From Bryobacteraceae bacterium (GTDB lineage: Bacteria; Acidobacteriota; Terriglobia; Bryobacterales; Bryobacteraceae): a DNA stretch of 64,000 bases. Positions 62,042 to 64,000 of the stretch are shown here, piece by piece. The stretch lies in contig DATNJC010000230.1 of assembly GCA_035604115.1 (NCBI GenBank), positions 1,522-65,521 of the forward strand. The letters run 5' to 3'. Below the pieces are notes generated by a model that saw nothing but the letters and a program-made list of their open reading frames with translations, did no database searches and was not told the origin of the DNA. The first letter of the stretch is position 1. Each line of letters begins with the position of its first letter. The position numbers and the translations under genes are program-made.

Positions 62042-64000
62042 ATGACTAGCACTACTATCGACACCCCGACGGCACAGCCTCCGCAGGACGATCCAACCTC
62101 GCTGCTGCCCAAGAAGCTGGCGCGGGCGCGCCCGCTGTTTGACCCGGAAATCGTCAGAAACGCGACAGCGGCGTCGTTTGGCAAATTGAATCCGCTTACT
62201 TTGATGAAGAATCCGGTGATGTTTGTCGTCGAAGTTGGCGCTGCGCTCACGACCATCTATGTGATTCGCGATATCGTCACTGGAGCCGAGGCGATCAAGT
62301 TCGGGGTGCAGATCGCCGTATGGTTGTGGTTCACCGTGTTGTTCGCCAATTTCGCCGAAGCCATGGCGGAAGCGCGCGGCAAAGCGCAAGCGGACAGTCT
62401 GCGCAAGACTAAAACGGATGCGGTGGCCAAGCGCATTAACTCGGCGGGCAAGATCGACCAGATTTCAGCCTCCGCTCTGCGCGCGGGTGACGTTGTCATT
62501 TGCGACGCGAGCGACCTGATCCCCGGCGACGGCGACGTGATCGAGGGCATCGCGACGGTGGACGAATCGGTGATCACCGGCGAAAGCGCTCCCGTGATTC
62601 GCGAGTCGGGCGGCGACCGCAGCGCCGTGACCGGCGGTACGCGAGTGCTGTCGGATCAGATCAAGATCAAGATCACCTCGAATCCCGGCGAAACGTTCCT
62701 GGATCGCATGATTGCGCTGGTAGAAGGCGCCGAGCGGCAGAAGACGCCCAATGAGATCGCGCTCAACATCTTGATCGCCGGGCTCACGCTGATCTTCTTG
62801 CTCGCCGTGATCACGCTGCAGCCGTTCTCGGTCTTCAGCGTGGCTCAAGCCGGCGCCGGAGCGGTGCCGTCGGTGGCGGTCCTGGTGTCCTTGCTGGTGT
62901 GCCTGATCCCGACCACGATTGGCGGGTTGCTCTCGGCGATCGGCATCGCGGGCATGGATCGTGTGATGCAACACAACGTGCTGGCGATGAGCGGTAAAGC
63001 CGTCGAGGCCGCCGGCGACGTGAATTCGCTTTTGTTGGACAAGACCGGAACGATCACCCTGGGAAACCGGCAGGCAGTCGAGTTCTTAACCATTAACGGA
63101 GTGACGGCGGAGGAGCTGGCGGACGCGGCTCAATTGTCCAGCCTGGCGGATGAAACACCGGAGGGCCGTTCTGTTGTGGTGCTGGCCAAGGAGAAGTACG
63201 GCCTGCGCGGCCGGCACATTCCGGAGGGAGAAGCGACCTTTATCCCATTTTCGGCGTATAGCCGGATGAGCGGCGTGGATTTCGAAGGGCGGAAGCTGCG
63301 CAAAGGCGCTACCGATGCCATCATCAAGTTCGTTCTCGAAAATGGAGGCGACGCTCCAGGCTATTTCAAGGAGATGAGCGACCGCATTTCGCGCAATGGC
63401 GGAACGCCCTTGGCGGTGTGCGATGGCGGGCGGCTGTTGGGCATCATTCACCTGAAGGACGTCGTCAAAGGCGGAATGAAGGAGCGCATCGATCAACTGC
63501 GGAAGATGGGCATTCGCAGCGTAATGATCACCGGCGACAATCCGCTGACCGCGGCCGCGATCGCCGCCGAAGCCGGCGTCGACGATTTCCTGGCCCAAGC
63601 GACTCCGAAAGACAAACTGGAGTACATCAAGAAGGAACAAATGGCGGGCCGGCTGGTGGCGATGACCGGCGATGGCACCAACGACGCTCCGGCGCTGGCG
63701 CAAGCCGACGTGGGGCTGGCGATGAACACCGGAACGATGGCGGCCAAGGAAGCCGGCAACATGGTGGACCTGGACAGCAACCCGACCAAGCTCATTGAAG
63801 TCGTGGCTATCGGCAAGCAGTTGTTGATCACGCGCGGCGCACTGACCACGTTCTCCATCGCCAATGACGTCGCGAAATATTTCGCGATTATTCCGGCGAT
63901 GTTCCTGACCACGTATCCGGTGCTCGAAAAACTGAACATCATGGGGCTGCACACGCAGCAGAGCGCGGTGCTATCGGCGGTGATCTTTAACGCGCTGATC
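62042..64000 (+). CDS. kdpB: K+-transporting P-type ATPase subunit B (3' end beyond window)
   Basis: Manual translation is open to the window end. '[11 protein letters not shown]', '[14 protein letters not shown]' and '[18 protein letters not shown]'. Confidence 0.95.
   Translation, partial: MTSTTIDTPTAQPPQDDPTSLLPKKLARARPLFDPEIVRNATAASFGKLNPLTLMKNPVMFVVEVGAALTTIYVIRDIVTGAEAIKFGVQIAVWLWFTVLFANFAEAMAEARGKAQADSLRKTKTDAVAKRINSAGKIDQISASALRAGDVVICDASDLIPGDGDVIEGIATVDESVITGESAPVIRESGGDRSAVTGGTRVLSDQIKIKITSNPGETFLDRMIALVEGAERQKTPNEIALNILIAGLTLIFLLAVITLQPFSVFSVAQAGAGAVPSVAVLVSLLVCLIPTTIGGLLSAIGIAGMDRVMQHNVLAMSGKAVEAAGDVNSLLLDKTGTITLGNRQAVEFLTINGVTAEELADAAQLSSLADETPEGRSVVVLAKEKYGLRGRHIPEGEATFIPFSAYSRMSGVDFEGRKLRKGATDAIIKFVLENGGDAPGYFKEMSDRISRNGGTPLAVCDGGRLLGIIHLKDVVKGGMKERIDQLRKMGIRSVMITGDNPLTAAAIAAEAGVDDFLAQATPKDKLEYIKKEQMAGRLVAMTGDGTNDAPALAQADVGLAMNTGTMAAKEAGNMVDLDSNPTKLIEVVAIGKQLLITRGALTTFSIANDVAKYFAIIPAMFLTTYPVLEKLNIMGLHTQQSAVLSAVIFNALI

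Overview
High-GC bacterial chromosomal segment, probably Acidobacteriota (Solibacter/Bryobacter-like). This is inferred from a C-terminal domain in the 9282-11246 protein that resembles the TIGR03437 'Solibacter C-terminal domain', and from the many long Arg/Pro/Gly-rich antisense shadow ORFs. I support about 70 genes. Housekeeping genes: maeA, nrdR, rpoD, psd-pssA, lptE-holA, rpsT, and kdpDE plus kdpFAB (kdpB runs off the 3' end). Metabolism genes: MFS transporter with an IlvD/Edd dehydratase, beta-carbonic anhydrase, PQQ dehydrogenase, and a MetE-like/MTHFR/MetE-like one-carbon cluster. Other loci: an ECF sigma envelope-stress-like operon, crcB with DUF190 genes, and five type II toxin-antitoxin loci. 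No rRNA, tRNA, CRISPR array, transposase or integrase was recognised. Main signals: (1) a ~310-bp direct duplication of the rpoD 3' end brackets a 1.5-kb insertion, and every substitution between the copies is synonymous, which points to a foreign origin for one copy. (2) An 8.4-kb same-strand array (24.6-33.0 kb) holds six paralogous uncharacterised secreted proteins, two DUF6152-like proteins predicted to mature to an N-terminal His-His, and a di-heme cytochrome c. Two distant relatives of the paralogs lie at 0.8-2.8 kb. (3) Three of the five TA toxins (vapC, parE, hicA) carry nonsense or frameshift lesions while their antitoxins are intact. (4) An ECF sigma operon has four consecutive genes that reuse the same 'WP(V/L)LLI' transmembrane hairpin. 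All family names are recalled from reading the translations, not from database searches.
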